The translations under genes were made by a program, and so were the position numbers. Below, one piece after another: positions 20,041 to 30,300 of a stretch of 64,000 nt of DNA (its first letter is position 1; the number at the start of each line of letters is the position of its first letter). The notes under the pieces were generated by a model that saw only the letters and a list, made by a program, of their open reading frames with translations, had not been told where the DNA came from and ran no database searches. The DNA lies in assembly GCA_048268905.1 (NCBI GenBank), contig JBLWUN010000006.1, forward strand, positions 73,106 through 137,105, in the 5' to 3' direction. Origin of the DNA: Maricaulaceae bacterium (GTDB lineage Bacteria > Pseudomonadota > Alphaproteobacteria > Caulobacterales > Maricaulaceae).

Positions 20041-20532
20041 ATGAAGCATATTATTATCGGACTATGTTTGGCCGGATTGACGGCATGTACGCCAAAAGAA
20101 GCGGCGCCCGCGCCCGCGATGGACCATGCCGAAGGACAACAAATGGGCATCGTGATTTCTAATGCGCGTGTCCGTCCGCCATTGCCGGGCCGCGATATCG
20201 CGGCGGCCTATTTTCTTCTTAATAATCACGGGCCGGCGGACCGCCTTCTATCTGTGGATAGCCCGATCAGTGACCGGGTCGAGATCCATACGCATTTGAA
20301 CGAAAACGGCGTCATGAAAATGCGGCGATTGGAAGCTCTCGACATTCCTGCTGGTCAAGAGGTAGTTTTCAAGCCCGGCGGTTTTCACATCATGCTTTTC
20401 AATGTGCAGGTTCCAGAGGATCAGGACGATGTTTCCTTGACGCTTAACTTCGAAAATGCAGAGCCGATCACCGTGATTGCGGAAATGGGTATGGATGCAG
20501 CAATGAAATCGCCAGAGCATAGCGGCCACTAA
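20041..20532 (+). CDS. Periplasmic copper chaperone PCu(A)C (DUF461 family)
   Basis: Lipoprotein-type signal LCLAGLTAC. Conserved Cu(I) ligand contexts IHTH...MKMR and GGFHIMLF. Confidence 0.85.
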   Translation: MKHIIIGLCLAGLTACTPKEAAPAPAMDHAEGQQMGIVISNARVRPPLPGRDIAAAYFLLNNHGPADRLLSVDSPISDRVEIHTHLNENGVMKMRRLEALDIPAGQEVVFKPGGFHIMLFNVQVPEDQDDVSLTLNFENAEPITVIAEMGMDAAMKSPEHSGH

Positions 20533-20640
20533 GCCGTTGTTTGGATGGCTCGCAATGGGGCGAGTCATTATTCTTTAGCATGGACTTAGCCCTGAATTGG
20601 CGTTAATTCAGCGGCCTAAAGGCATAAATGGACGGGTATT

Positions 20641-21600
20641 ATGAGCAAAGGTCTTGTAACGGTATTTGGCGGATCAGGCTTTGTCGGAAAGCATGTTATC
20701 CGGGCTTTGGTAAAAGACGGATGGCGCGTTCGTGTGCCCATGCGTCGTCCACATACGGGCCAAGATTTGCGCGTTATCGGCAATGTTGGACAGGTACAGC
20801 TCGTTCAAGCCAACCTCCGGTTTAGAAATTCCGTAGAGCGCGCCGTCGCAGGATCAGACGCTGTTGTTAATCTTGTGGGCGTTTTATTCGAAGAAGGCCG
20901 GCAGTCTTTTCGCTCCCTGCATACGGCAGGCGCAGTGGCCGTTGCTGAGGCGGCGAGAGACGCGGGTATCACAAATATGGTCCAAATCTCTGCGATCGGG
21001 GCCGACCCGAAAAGCGAGAGTGCCTACGCCCAAACGAAGGGTGAGGGCGAAGCGGCGGTTAAGGCAGCCATGCCAAGTGCAGATATTATGCGCCCGTCAA
21101 TTATCTTCGGACCCGAAGATCAGTTCTTCAACCGTTTCGCGGCTATGTCTCAAATCGCGCCGGCCCTGCCGCTGATCGGGGGCGGCGATACCAAGTTCCA
21201 GCCCGTTTACGTGGGTGATGTGGCGGCGGCTATTGCCAAGGTGATTGGCAAAGGTACAACCGGCGAGACATATGAGCTTGGCGGCCCCCGTGTTTACTCC
21301 TTCGCGGAGCTGATGCAGTTCACACTTGAGAGCGTGGACCGTAAGCGCCTTCTATTGCCGGTGCCGTGGTTCGCTGCAAAAATGATGGGTTTTGTGGGTG
21401 AAGTAAGTGGCTGGCTTCCTTTCGTGAAGCCCTTCTTGACACGGGATCAGGTTGTTAACATGCAAGTCGATAATGTCGTTGGCGAGAGTGCCAAAGGGTT
21501 CGGTGCGCTGGGTCTGGACGTTGAAACCATCGAGGCCATCGTGCCTGCTTATCTCTTGCAATATCGCAAATATGGCCAGTTTCACGAAACTGAAGCCTAA
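20641..21600 (+). CDS. Complex I NDUFA9-like NAD(P)H-binding (atypical SDR) protein
   Basis: N-terminal Rossmann motif TVFGGSGFVGKHVIRAL. Length and overall pattern match alphaproteobacterial NDUFA9-like proteins. Confidence 0.82.
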   Translation: MSKGLVTVFGGSGFVGKHVIRALVKDGWRVRVPMRRPHTGQDLRVIGNVGQVQLVQANLRFRNSVERAVAGSDAVVNLVGVLFEEGRQSFRSLHTAGAVAVAEAARDAGITNMVQISAIGADPKSESAYAQTKGEGEAAVKAAMPSADIMRPSIIFGPEDQFFNRFAAMSQIAPALPLIGGGDTKFQPVYVGDVAAAIAKVIGKGTTGETYELGGPRVYSFAELMQFTLESVDRKRLLLPVPWFAAKMMGFVGEVSGWLPFVKPFLTRDQVVNMQVDNVVGESAKGFGALGLDVETIEAIVPAYLLQYRKYGQFHETEA

Positions 21601-21621
21601 TATCCTTAAAGGGGTTCTATA

Positions 21622-22560
21622 ATGTTGTTGCGTCATCTTTTAATCGGCACGGCCGTTCTGTCTTTCGCCGCCTGTTCCGGGGGCAAGGTCGAAAAAGAGA
21701 CGCCTGCTACGGCTACCTCCGAACCCGTTGCGGCGGAAATGACCTCGCCCGAAGCGGAAGCGACGCCCGTGGCCGTTGCGCCAGATTTGGACGCTATATT
21801 GGCCATGCAAGACGATGCGGCGAAGGCGCGTTATCAATACCGCCATCCTAAGGAAACGCTTGAGTTTTTTGGCATTGAACCCGGTATGACGGTGGCCGAA
21901 GTTCTGCCCGGAGAAGGTTGGTACTCCAAAATTCTTTTGCCTTACTTAGGCGATGAAGGCCGTCTGATCGGGATAGATTACAACGTTGACATGTGGTCAA
22001 ATTTTGGCGGATTTGCTGACGAAACGTTTTTGAGCCGCCGCAAAGAATGGCCAAAGACGTGGTCAAATAGCGCCCTTGCATGGCGTCAGAATTCACAAAC
22101 GGAAATCGACGCCTTTGCGTTTGGAGCTATGCCGGCCAATTATCGCGGCGCGGCGGATGCCGTTCTTTATATCCGGTCATTGCACCATTTGAACCGTTTT
22201 AATGCGGCTTATTGGGATCAGGCGATCAAGGACACGTTTAATATTCTTAAACCGGGCGGCATTGTCGGTATCGTTCAACACCGGGCACCAGAAGCGAGCC
22301 CCGAAACGTGGGCGAACGGCGACAATGGTTACCTTAAGCAGAGTTTTGTCATTAAAAAGTTTGAGGAGGCCGGTTTTGAACTTGTTGGGGAACCCAGCGA
22401 GATCAACGCGAATCCAAAAGATGTGCCAACATCCGATGATACCGTTTGGCGTCTTCCGCCCAACTTGGGGACAAGCGGCGGTGATACTGAGCTGAAAGCA
22501 AAAATGGAAGCGATTGGTGAGTCTGATCGGATGACATTATTGTTCCGCAAGCCGGAATAA
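21622..22560 (+). CDS. Class I SAM-dependent methyltransferase-fold protein with a lipoprotein signal peptide
   Basis: Lipobox LSFAAC|SGG, then an acidic/Ala/Pro linker, then a methyltransferase-like core (VAEVLPGEGWYS, LKPGGIVGIVQH). Confidence 0.7.
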   Translation: MLLRHLLIGTAVLSFAACSGGKVEKETPATATSEPVAAEMTSPEAEATPVAVAPDLDAILAMQDDAAKARYQYRHPKETLEFFGIEPGMTVAEVLPGEGWYSKILLPYLGDEGRLIGIDYNVDMWSNFGGFADETFLSRRKEWPKTWSNSALAWRQNSQTEIDAFAFGAMPANYRGAADAVLYIRSLHHLNRFNAAYWDQAIKDTFNILKPGGIVGIVQHRAPEASPETWANGDNGYLKQSFVIKKFEEAGFELVGEPSEINANPKDVPTSDDTVWRLPPNLGTSGGDTELKAKMEAIGESDRMTLLFRKPE

Positions 22561-22570
22561 GCGGGGTTGA

Positions 22571-23728
22571 CTAACCGAGGCGCATCCAGTCGCGCCTTGG
22601 CTTGCCGTAAACCTGATCCATGATTTCCAATTGCAGCCCGACCGGACGCCCGTGCGGGCTGTTCCACAATATGGCAACACCTGTTTTCTTCTCAGGGTCG
22701 AAAAGGATTGAAGCGCGGTAGCCTTCAACGGCGCCTCTGTGGCCGATAACGCGGTGTCCTTCATAATCATAAATGCGCCAACCAAGCCCATATTGTGCTT
22801 TTCGGAGTGCGTAGAAGTTTTGGCGTAATATGCGGTTCTCTCTGGGTGTGGCGACGCGCGGCGTTTGAAGGGCCGTTCTGATGCTCGTCTTCAAATGCGG
22901 GGCCTTAACGTCCATCTGCGCGAGCATCCACTTTGCCATGTCATTGACGGAGGAATTTACGCCGGCGGCTGCGGGGATGTGGTAATAGGACTCTTTGACC
23001 TGCGCAATCGGTACGCCCTTATTATTGTGGGGTTTTGCCCAGCTCTTTGACCTCACGAGGCCTTCGCGCGTCACAGTGGCCGTGTCCATTTTAAGGGGGC
23101 GAAATATTTTTTGCGCGACTGAGGATTTATAGGGAACGCCCGTGGCCGTCTCGGTCATTTCCCCGACGGCATCAAAGGCGACGTTCTGGTAGGTATGACA
23201 ATCCCCGGGTTGGCAGATCAGGCGCAGGTTCCCCATAGAGGCGCGTACATCTTTGGGGGCGCGGTTTTCTTCGATCAATTTGTCATAGGCGTTGTAGACC
23301 AGACCGGTGCGGTGCGAGAGGATGTCTTCGACCGTGACGGCATGTTGTGAGGGCGGCAAATGCAGGGACAGTGCGTGAGCGCTGATGGGTGAGCTAAGGC
23401 CAAAGTGACCATCTTCGGCCAATTCAAGAACTGTCGCAGCGGCCACGCCTTTCGACACCGATGCCCAGCGGAAAACCGTATCGGCGGTCACCGGGTCCCC
23501 GGAGCCTTTCAGGGTTTCACCATATCCTTTGCTGAAAATAAGCTCACCATTTTCGACAATGGCCACGGAGAGTCCCGCCATGTCCGGACGGGACATAAGT
23601 TTATTGATACGCCGGTCCACCTCTTGCGTATTGATCTTCCCGGCAAAGGCGGTCGATGACATGCAGAACCACAACATACATGCCAGCAAAATTCTCACGC
23701 TTAGCTTCCTCCGTGGTTCATCAACCAT
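22571..23728 (-). CDS. Secreted serine hydrolase (beta-lactamase / PBP-like, class C fold)
   Basis: Signal peptide ...RILLACMLWFCMSSTAFA. SxxK motif ASVSKGV and later HRG (KTG-equivalent). An alternative GTG start at 23698 would avoid overlap with uppP. The 157-codon 5' extension in the track is rejected. Confidence 0.85.
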   Translation of the reverse strand: MVDEPRRKLSVRILLACMLWFCMSSTAFAGKINTQEVDRRINKLMSRPDMAGLSVAIVENGELIFSKGYGETLKGSGDPVTADTVFRWASVSKGVAAATVLELAEDGHFGLSSPISAHALSLHLPPSQHAVTVEDILSHRTGLVYNAYDKLIEENRAPKDVRASMGNLRLICQPGDCHTYQNVAFDAVGEMTETATGVPYKSSVAQKIFRPLKMDTATVTREGLVRSKSWAKPHNNKGVPIAQVKESYYHIPAAAGVNSSVNDMAKWMLAQMDVKAPHLKTSIRTALQTPRVATPRENRILRQNFYALRKAQYGLGWRIYDYEGHRVIGHRGAVEGYRASILFDPEKKTGVAILWNSPHGRPVGLQLEIMDQVYGKPRRDWMRLG

Positions 23729-24516
23729 ATCAAGAGGGCCGCGCCCAGCAAGAGCCGGTACACCATGAAGGGAAACATCCCGATTTTGTTCACCAGCTTC
23801 ATGAAAAAGGCGATTGCAAAATAAGCGGTGATGAAGGACAGGCCGGCGACCATAAGCCCTTGTCCGAGTCCGGATGTTCCGCCCGGCTCTGTGGCAAGAT
23901 TGAGCAATGAAAACAACCCGCCAGCGCCGATAATGGGCAGGCTCATGAGCATTGAAAAGCGCGCGGATTCTACGCGGGTCATACCCATAAACCGCGCCGT
24001 TGTCATTGTGATGCCTGACCGCGACGTGCCGGGAATGAGGGCTACCGATTGGGCGAGTCCCAGAATGATCGCGCCTTTCCATGTGAGGTCTTCGGTGGTG
24101 CGCTCTTGTTTGCCAACAATGTCGGAGACCCAGAGAAGCACGCCAAATATAATGGTTGTCGCGGCAATGATCCAAGGCGAGCGAATGGCGTCTTCCCATC
24201 CGCCAAAATGTAAAAACGCCCCGAGTAGGAGCGCTGGCGGTGTCGCGAGTATGAGGTTTAGAACCAAGGCAGACCCCGTATTCAGCCGGAGCTTTAAAAG
24301 ATCAATCGCCCCTGTCAGCATCGCGGCAACATCAGCCCTGAAATAGGCGAGAACAGCAAACAAAGTGCCGAAATGCGCCATTAAATCAATCATAGGGCCT
24401 TGGTCTTCCCACAGGAAGAGTTTCGACGGGAGAATTAAATGCGCCGAGCTTGAAATCGGCAAAAACTCCGTGATTCCCTGAATGAGCGCGAGAATAATGA
24501 GGTGTAGGATCGACAT
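23701..24516 (-). CDS. uppP: Undecaprenyl-diphosphate phosphatase
   Basis: LIQGITEFLPISSSAHL and PGTSRSGITM signatures. 271 aa, 8-TM pattern. Confidence 0.95.
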   Translation of the reverse strand: MSILHLIILALIQGITEFLPISSSAHLILPSKLFLWEDQGPMIDLMAHFGTLFAVLAYFRADVAAMLTGAIDLLKLRLNTGSALVLNLILATPPALLLGAFLHFGGWEDAIRSPWIIAATTIIFGVLLWVSDIVGKQERTTEDLTWKGAIILGLAQSVALIPGTSRSGITMTTARFMGMTRVESARFSMLMSLPIIGAGGLFSLLNLATEPGGTSGLGQGLMVAGLSFITAYFAIAFFMKLVNKIGMFPFMVYRLLLGAALLIWLMNHGGS

Positions 24517-24525
24517 GAAATCTGA

Positions 24526-25383
24526 CTATGCGTCTTTCGTTACCAAGGGGTTAGTTTTCCGATGAAAGACGACCCAGAAAGTGACGGCTGCGAGCATTGC
24601 AAACCCGCCAATTCCGACAAAACCGCGCCACGGCATATCCGCGTGCGTTAGGGCCATAAGCCCTACACCTGCCAAAGCATTTCCTGTGCCATGTAAAACA
24701 CACGCGGCCCAAACGGAGCCGTTTCGCTCTCTCACGAGGCTGAAGACCGGCGCGTATAATATGCAAAAAACAGTAAATAGGATGGGCCCTGAAACAGGCA
24801 TGCCGGGATAATTATAGCCCATATAGATAATGGGAGCATGCCAAAGCCCCCACAAGACACCGATGATCAGTGCCCCTGTCCAAAACCCGTGCGGCCGTAC
24901 GTGATGCCAAAGCCATCCGCGCCAGCCCAGCTCTTCGGATAGGACCAATGGCGTGTTGATGAGCGCTCCTAAAAAAGCGGCCTGAAGCACAATAAGCAAT
25001 CCAAGTCCCGGAATGTCGGGAAGAGCACGTGCATCTTGGCCCAGAGACGCCATTGCCGCTTTCACCCCGACAAGCGGTGATTGCAACGCGATCCTTGCGC
25101 CCAAAGTGCTCAGGAGCGTCGCGCCTAGGACGAGCACAACGCCAATGAGCCACGCCCATAAAAGCCAGAGGTTCAGACCCCCTTTGAGGCCGAGCACGTG
25201 GAGACGTTCACCTTTGTGAAAGAAAAGGGCGCACAGCAAGGCCCCAATCGCCGGTCCGCACATATATAGGAGAAGCCAAAGGCCCGCAAAGGGATTGGAG
25301 AGGCCGCCAGCCGCGTGAATGCCGTAAGCCACCGTCCAGCTAAATCCAAAGGTCGCGAAGATAAAGACGAGGAACGGTTTCAT
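24526..25383 (-). CDS. CPBP-family intramembrane glutamic endopeptidase (CAAX protease / Abi family)
   Basis: Motif 1 SEELGWRGWL, motif 2 GLWHAP and motif 3 VLHGTGNAL in a polytopic protein. Confidence 0.88.
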   Translation of the reverse strand: MKPFLVFIFATFGFSWTVAYGIHAAGGLSNPFAGLWLLLYMCGPAIGALLCALFFHKGERLHVLGLKGGLNLWLLWAWLIGVVLVLGATLLSTLGARIALQSPLVGVKAAMASLGQDARALPDIPGLGLLIVLQAAFLGALINTPLVLSEELGWRGWLWHHVRPHGFWTGALIIGVLWGLWHAPIIYMGYNYPGMPVSGPILFTVFCILYAPVFSLVRERNGSVWAACVLHGTGNALAGVGLMALTHADMPWRGFVGIGGFAMLAAVTFWVVFHRKTNPLVTKDA

Positions 25384-25463
25384 ACCGGCGAGATTAGGGA
25401 TTCCTCAAGTTCGGTGCAAGGCGAGATAATTTGCGGAGATTATCTACGTTTTTAAATAAACTT

Positions 25464-25477
25464 GACAAATTGTCGCA
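25464..25477. promoter_or_regulatory. Palindromic operator-like site GACAAATTGTCGCA (site 1 of 3)
   Basis: GACAA-A-TTGTC palindrome. The 14-mer repeats with 13/14 identity at 25595-25608. Confidence 0.4.
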
Positions 25478-25594
25478 GTTTAATGCGGTGAAATTCGTTC
25501 CAATAAAACCACAATTTTCGACGTTAAAGTGTTATATAACATATAGATAGGCTAAAATATGAATTAGGTATGTTCTTTTAATTTACTTGTGATG

Positions 25595-25620
25595 GACAAG
25601 TTGTCGCATGACAAATTGTC
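25595..25620. promoter_or_regulatory. Two adjacent GACAA-N-TTGTC palindromes (sites 2 and 3) upstream of gltD
   Basis: GACAAGTTGTCGCATGACAAATTGTC. Centres are 15 bp apart. The junction TTGTC-GCAT-GACAA is itself a palindrome. Confidence 0.4.
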
Positions 25621-25833
25621 ATTTCAAGCGACTTTTTGGACGGCTATGGCATATTTGTAATGAACTTCAGAGTGTTGGCCTCGTCATACAGCAAAAATGG
25701 GATGAATTTTCCCAAATACGGCAATTTTTCCCATTTTCATGCCTTTTGACGCCCTGCTGCGCAAGATTTATAAGGATGACGTTATCGTAGCGGAAAAATC
25801 TGCGGTTTCGTCACAACATCTCGGAGGGCTGCC

Positions 25834-27261
25834 ATGTCAAATCGCATGCTACAATTTGTCGATACAGAACGCGATATGCCGACGAAAAGACCGGCAACGG
25901 ATCGGCGTGACGATTTTATGGAGATTTACGGCGACTATGTGGCTGTTAAGGCCGAAGAACAGGCGTCGCGATGTTCGCAATGCGGCGTGCCATTTTGTCA
26001 AAACCATTGCCCGCTGCAAAACAATATTCCCGACTGGCTGAAGTTGACGGCGGAGGGCCGCACCGAGGAAGCGTACCGGCTTTCTGCGTCAACAAATTCT
26101 ATGCCGGAAATTTGTGGACGTATCTGTCCGCAGGACCGTCTGTGTGAAGGTTCCTGCGTCATTGAGCAATCGGGCCACGGCACCGTGACGATCGGGTCAG
26201 TCGAGCGCTACCTGACGGATACGGCCTGGAAAGAAGGTTGGGTCGAGCCGATTACGCCGCGCCGCGAGCTTCCGCTTTCGGTTGGCATTATTGGGGCGGG
26301 TCCGGCAGGCCTTGCCGCAGCCGAAGAGCTTCGCAGCCAAGGTTGGCAAGTGACAGTTTATGACCGCCATGACCGCGCGGGCGGCCTACTGATCTACGGC
26401 ATCCCAAACTTTAAACTCGAAAAAGAAATTGTGGAGCGCCGAACACAACGCCTCGAGGACGGCGGCATCGAATTCGTGCTGAATTGTGATGTGGGGGTTG
26501 ATATCAGTTTTGAAAAGCTGCGCGAAAAACACCAAGCGGTTTTAATGGCGACGGGTGTGTACGCTGCGCGCGACCTGAATTGTCCAGGGGCGGGGGCAGA
26601 CGGCGTCCGGCCTGCACTGCCATTCCTGATTGAAAGCAATCGCCGCGGTCTTGGCGACGCCGTCACAGCTGAAACAGCAGAAGGCAAAAACGTTGTTGTC
26701 ATTGGCGGCGGCGATACGGCGATGGATTGTGTCCGCACAGCCGTGCGCCAGGGCGCGAAATCTGTGACCTGTCTTTACCGCCGGGACAAGGCCAACATGC
26801 CGGGATCCGAGCGCGAAACTGCGAATGCTGAGGAAGAGGGCGTTCGGTTTGAATGGCTCGCTGCGCCAAAGTCGATCCATGATGAGGGGGGGCGGGTGAG
26901 CCAAGTGCGCGCCGACCGTATGCGCCTCGGCACGAAAGACGCTTCGGGCCGCCAAAGTCCAGAACCCATTGCGGGCGGGGACTTTGATATACAAGCGGAT
27001 CTGGTGATCAAGGCGCTTGGATTTTCGCCTGAAGATATGCGCAATATGAGCGACCGTATTGCCCTCACGCGGTGGGGGACGATCAAGGTCAACCCCGTAA
27101 CATTTGAAACGAACTTGCCGGGTGTATATGCGGCAGGCGATATTTCTCGCGGCGCGAGCCTCGTTGTCTGGGCCATTCGCGAAGGCCGAGACGCCGCCGA
27201 GCATATGCACAAATATCTCAAAGGCCAGTTGGCGGCAATTGCCAAACAAGCGGCGGAATAG
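25834..27261 (+). CDS. gltD: Glutamate synthase (NADPH) small subunit
   Basis: N-terminal Fe-S cysteines (CSQCGVPFC...CPL), GAGPAGLAAA and VIGGGDTAMDC dinucleotide-binding motifs. 475 aa. Confidence 0.95.
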   Translation: MSNRMLQFVDTERDMPTKRPATDRRDDFMEIYGDYVAVKAEEQASRCSQCGVPFCQNHCPLQNNIPDWLKLTAEGRTEEAYRLSASTNSMPEICGRICPQDRLCEGSCVIEQSGHGTVTIGSVERYLTDTAWKEGWVEPITPRRELPLSVGIIGAGPAGLAAAEELRSQGWQVTVYDRHDRAGGLLIYGIPNFKLEKEIVERRTQRLEDGGIEFVLNCDVGVDISFEKLREKHQAVLMATGVYAARDLNCPGAGADGVRPALPFLIESNRRGLGDAVTAETAEGKNVVVIGGGDTAMDCVRTAVRQGAKSVTCLYRRDKANMPGSERETANAEEEGVRFEWLAAPKSIHDEGGRVSQVRADRMRLGTKDASGRQSPEPIAGGDFDIQADLVIKALGFSPEDMRNMSDRIALTRWGTIKVNPVTFETNLPGVYAAGDISRGASLVVWAIREGRDAAEHMHKYLKGQLAAIAKQAAE

Positions 27262-27310
27262 AGCGCGTCTGCGGCTCTCGAAGCAAAGAATATTTCCGAA
27301 GGATAGACCG

Positions 27311-30300
27311 ATGACTGATTGGCTTACAGATTACGAAACAAAACGCGACGCCCTTATTGAAGCTGGCGCTTACGATCCCTCGCATGAGCGCTCCTCTTGC
27401 GGCGTTGGACTTGTGGCAAGCATTAAAGGCACACCGCGCCGCGATGTGGTCGAAATGTCCATTCAAGCCCTTAAAAATGTTTGGCACCGGGGCGCAGTGG
27501 ATGCGGACGGTAAAACAGGCGACGGCGCGGGGATTCGCCTCGATATCCCTCAGGAATTTTTCCGGGCGCAGGTTGAACGCACAGGTCACAAAGCCGGGAA
27601 TGCCAAAATTGCGGTTGGAATGATATTTTTGCCGCGTACAGATTTCGGCGCGCAAGAACAGGCACGGACCATTGTCGAGTCAGAGCTCATCAAAGAAGGC
27701 TTTTATATTTATGGGTGGCGGCAAGTGCCGATCAATATCGATGTGATCGGGCAGAAGGCGCAGGCCACGCGCCCGTCTATCGAACAAGTTATGTTCCGCG
27801 ACCCGAAGGGCCGCAAGGGGAACAAGCTCGAGCGTGAACTTTACATCATTCGCCGCCGTATCGAAAAGCGCGTCGTGGCCGCCGCGATCCCAAGTTTCTA
27901 TGTGTGTTCGCTCTCGGTTCAGACCATGATTTATAAAGGCATGTTCTTGGCCGAAGATATCGACGTTTTCTATCCTGATCTGAAAGATGAGCGGTTTATC
28001 TCCCGCGCGGCGATCTATCACCAACGCTATTCCACAAACACCTTCCCGCAATGGTGGCTTGCTCAGCCGTTTCGGATGATTGCCCATAATGGCGAGATCA
28101 ATACAGTTAAAGCCAATACCAATTTCATGAAAAGCCATGAAATTAAAATGGCCAGTAACGCGTTTAAAGAACGTGCAGAAGATGTGAAGCCGATCATCCA
28201 GAAAGGTAGCTCGGATTCCGCGGCGCTTGATAGTGTTTTTGAACTTTTGGTGCGCGCAGGCCGCACGGCCCCAATGGCGAAAACCCTACTGGTCCCTGAA
28301 GCCTATTCCAAACGCGGGGATTTGATGCCGGACGATTGGCGCGATCTGTATGAATATTGTAATGGCGTGATGGAGCCGTGGGACGGCCCCGCCGCCCTTG
28401 CGGCCTATGATGGCCGATGGTGCATGGCGGGGCTCGACCGAAATGGCCTTCGCCCGCTGCGCTACGCCATCACAAATGACGATATCTTGGTCGTTGGTTC
28501 GGAAACGGGCATGTGCCCCATCGCCGAAAATTCCATCATCAAAAAAGGGTCCATCAAGCCGGGGCGTCAAATTGCCGTGGATTTGGATGAGGGACGTTTC
28601 TACCACTCATCAGAAATCCTCGATCTTCTCTCCAAAGATAAACCCTACAAAAAATGGCTGGAAAAAGTCGTCAAGCTGGACGATGTGCTCAGCGGTCCCG
28701 AGCCCGCGCCGACGCTTTCTGGCGAGGCGCTACGCCGCCGCCAAATGTCCTGCGGGCAAACGCTTGAAGATATGGAGTTGATCCTCTCGCCAATGGCGGA
28801 GACCGGCAAAGAATCCGTGGGGTCAATGGGCGACGATACCCCATTGGCGGTGCTGTCCGATATTTATCGACCCCTTTCTCATTTCTTCCGCCAGAACTTT
28901 TCTCAAGTAACCAACCCACCCATTGATCCCTTGCGGGAAACCCGGGTGATGGGCCTGAAAACACGCTTCCGGAATTTGCGCAACATTCTCACGGACGGTG
29001 AAAGCCAGACAAAAGAAATGCTTGTCTTGCAAAGCCCGGTCATGACGTCAGGTATGTATGAGCGTTTTCTGAAGCTTCCCGACGTGTCCACCAAAATCAT
29101 TGATTGTACCTTTGAAGTGCCAAAACCGGGGGCCGTTCCTGGAGCGGCGATGAACAAGGCGCTGGGACGCATTCGCAAAGAAGCCGAGGATGCCGTTCGT
29201 AAAGACAAATGTGAAAATATCGTCCTATCCGACGAGAATGTCGGTGAAGGCCGCGCGGCTCTTCCCATTATTCTCTGCGTGGGCGGCGTGCAAACCCATC
29301 TGGTCTCCAAAGGACTACGCTCGTCTTGCTCGATCATTGTCCGAAGCGCTGAGTGCATGGACACCCATTATTTTGCTGTTTTGATCGGCGCCGGAGCAAC
29401 TGCCATCAACGCCTATATGGCGCAGGATGCGATTATCGATCGCGTGAACCGTGGATTGATGGAGCTGGATGCTGACAGCGCGGTTGCGCAGTTCAAAGCC
29501 GCGATTGAAGGCGGCCTTCTCAAGATCATCTCGAAAATGGGTATTTCGGTGATCTCGTCATATCGCGGCGGTAACAACTTCGAGGCGCTCGGCCTATCGC
29601 GCGCCCTTGTGGGGGAATACTTCCCCGGTATGACGAGCCGAATTTCAGGTATTGGCCTCGCCGGACTTGAAACCAAAGCTTTGGAGGCTCACGAGCGGGG
29701 CTATAATCAGGCCGTTGTCAGTTTACCTGTTGGCGGGCTCTACCGAGTTCGGTCGCGCGGCGAACGTCATGCCTATAAGGCCGAGATGATTCATATGCTG
29801 CAAGAGGCTGTTACCCGGGAAGATTACGGGCTGTATAAGCGCTATGCCGATGTGGTGAACTCCGCAGATCCCATTCAAATCCGTGATTTGCTGCATTTGA
29901 ATTCAGATATGAAACCCATCCCAGTACGCCGTGTGCAAAGCGTAAATGAAATTCGCCGCCGTTTTTGCACACCCGGAATGTCACTTGGGGCCTTGTCACC
30001 CGAAGCCCACGGAACGCTCAATATCGCTATGAACCGGATCGGCGCGAAGTCAGTTTCGGGTGAGGGCGGAGAAGACCGTGCGCGGTATGTTCCGCTGCCA
30101 AATGGGGACAATCCCAACTCCGCGGTTAAGCAAATTGCGTCAGGCCGTTTTGGCGTAAACGCTGAATATCTCAACCAGTGCCGCGAGATTGAAATTAAAG
30201 TGGCGCAAGGCGCAAAACCCGGTGAGGGTGGACAGCTCCCCGGCTTCAAAGTCACGGAGATGATTGCCAAATTCCGCAATGCAACGCCGGGCGTAACGCT

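Noticed and set aside
23729-24199. 157-codon N-terminal extension of the serine-hydrolase ORF (track ORF 22571..24199)
   Set aside because: It overlaps uppP out of frame. Its Arg/His-rich nonsense composition precedes a perfect signal peptide that starts at the internal ATG (23728) or GTG (23698).
25608-25790. 60-aa ORF, and the 100-aa ORF 25739..26041, in the AT-rich region upstream of gltD
   Set aside because: There is no ribosome-binding site. The composition is odd (Cys/Phe/Leu-rich). One overlaps the operator-like palindromes and the other overlaps the gltD start. Both are more plausibly non-coding regulatory DNA.
26542-27249. Long antisense ORFs: 26542..27249(-), 35335..35964(-), 39988..40602(-), 60367..61026(+), 57762..58349(+), 57650..58171(-), 36748..37308(-)
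   Set aside because: Each lies fully inside a confidently identified gene on the other strand or frame and has Arg/Gly/His-rich low-information composition. There is no independent ribosome-binding site or motif support.
27104-27310. 69-codon 5' extension of gltB
   Set aside because: It overlaps the 3' end of gltD. GltB-type proteins begin just before the SSCGVG Ntn cysteine. A ribosome-binding site precedes the ATG at 27311.
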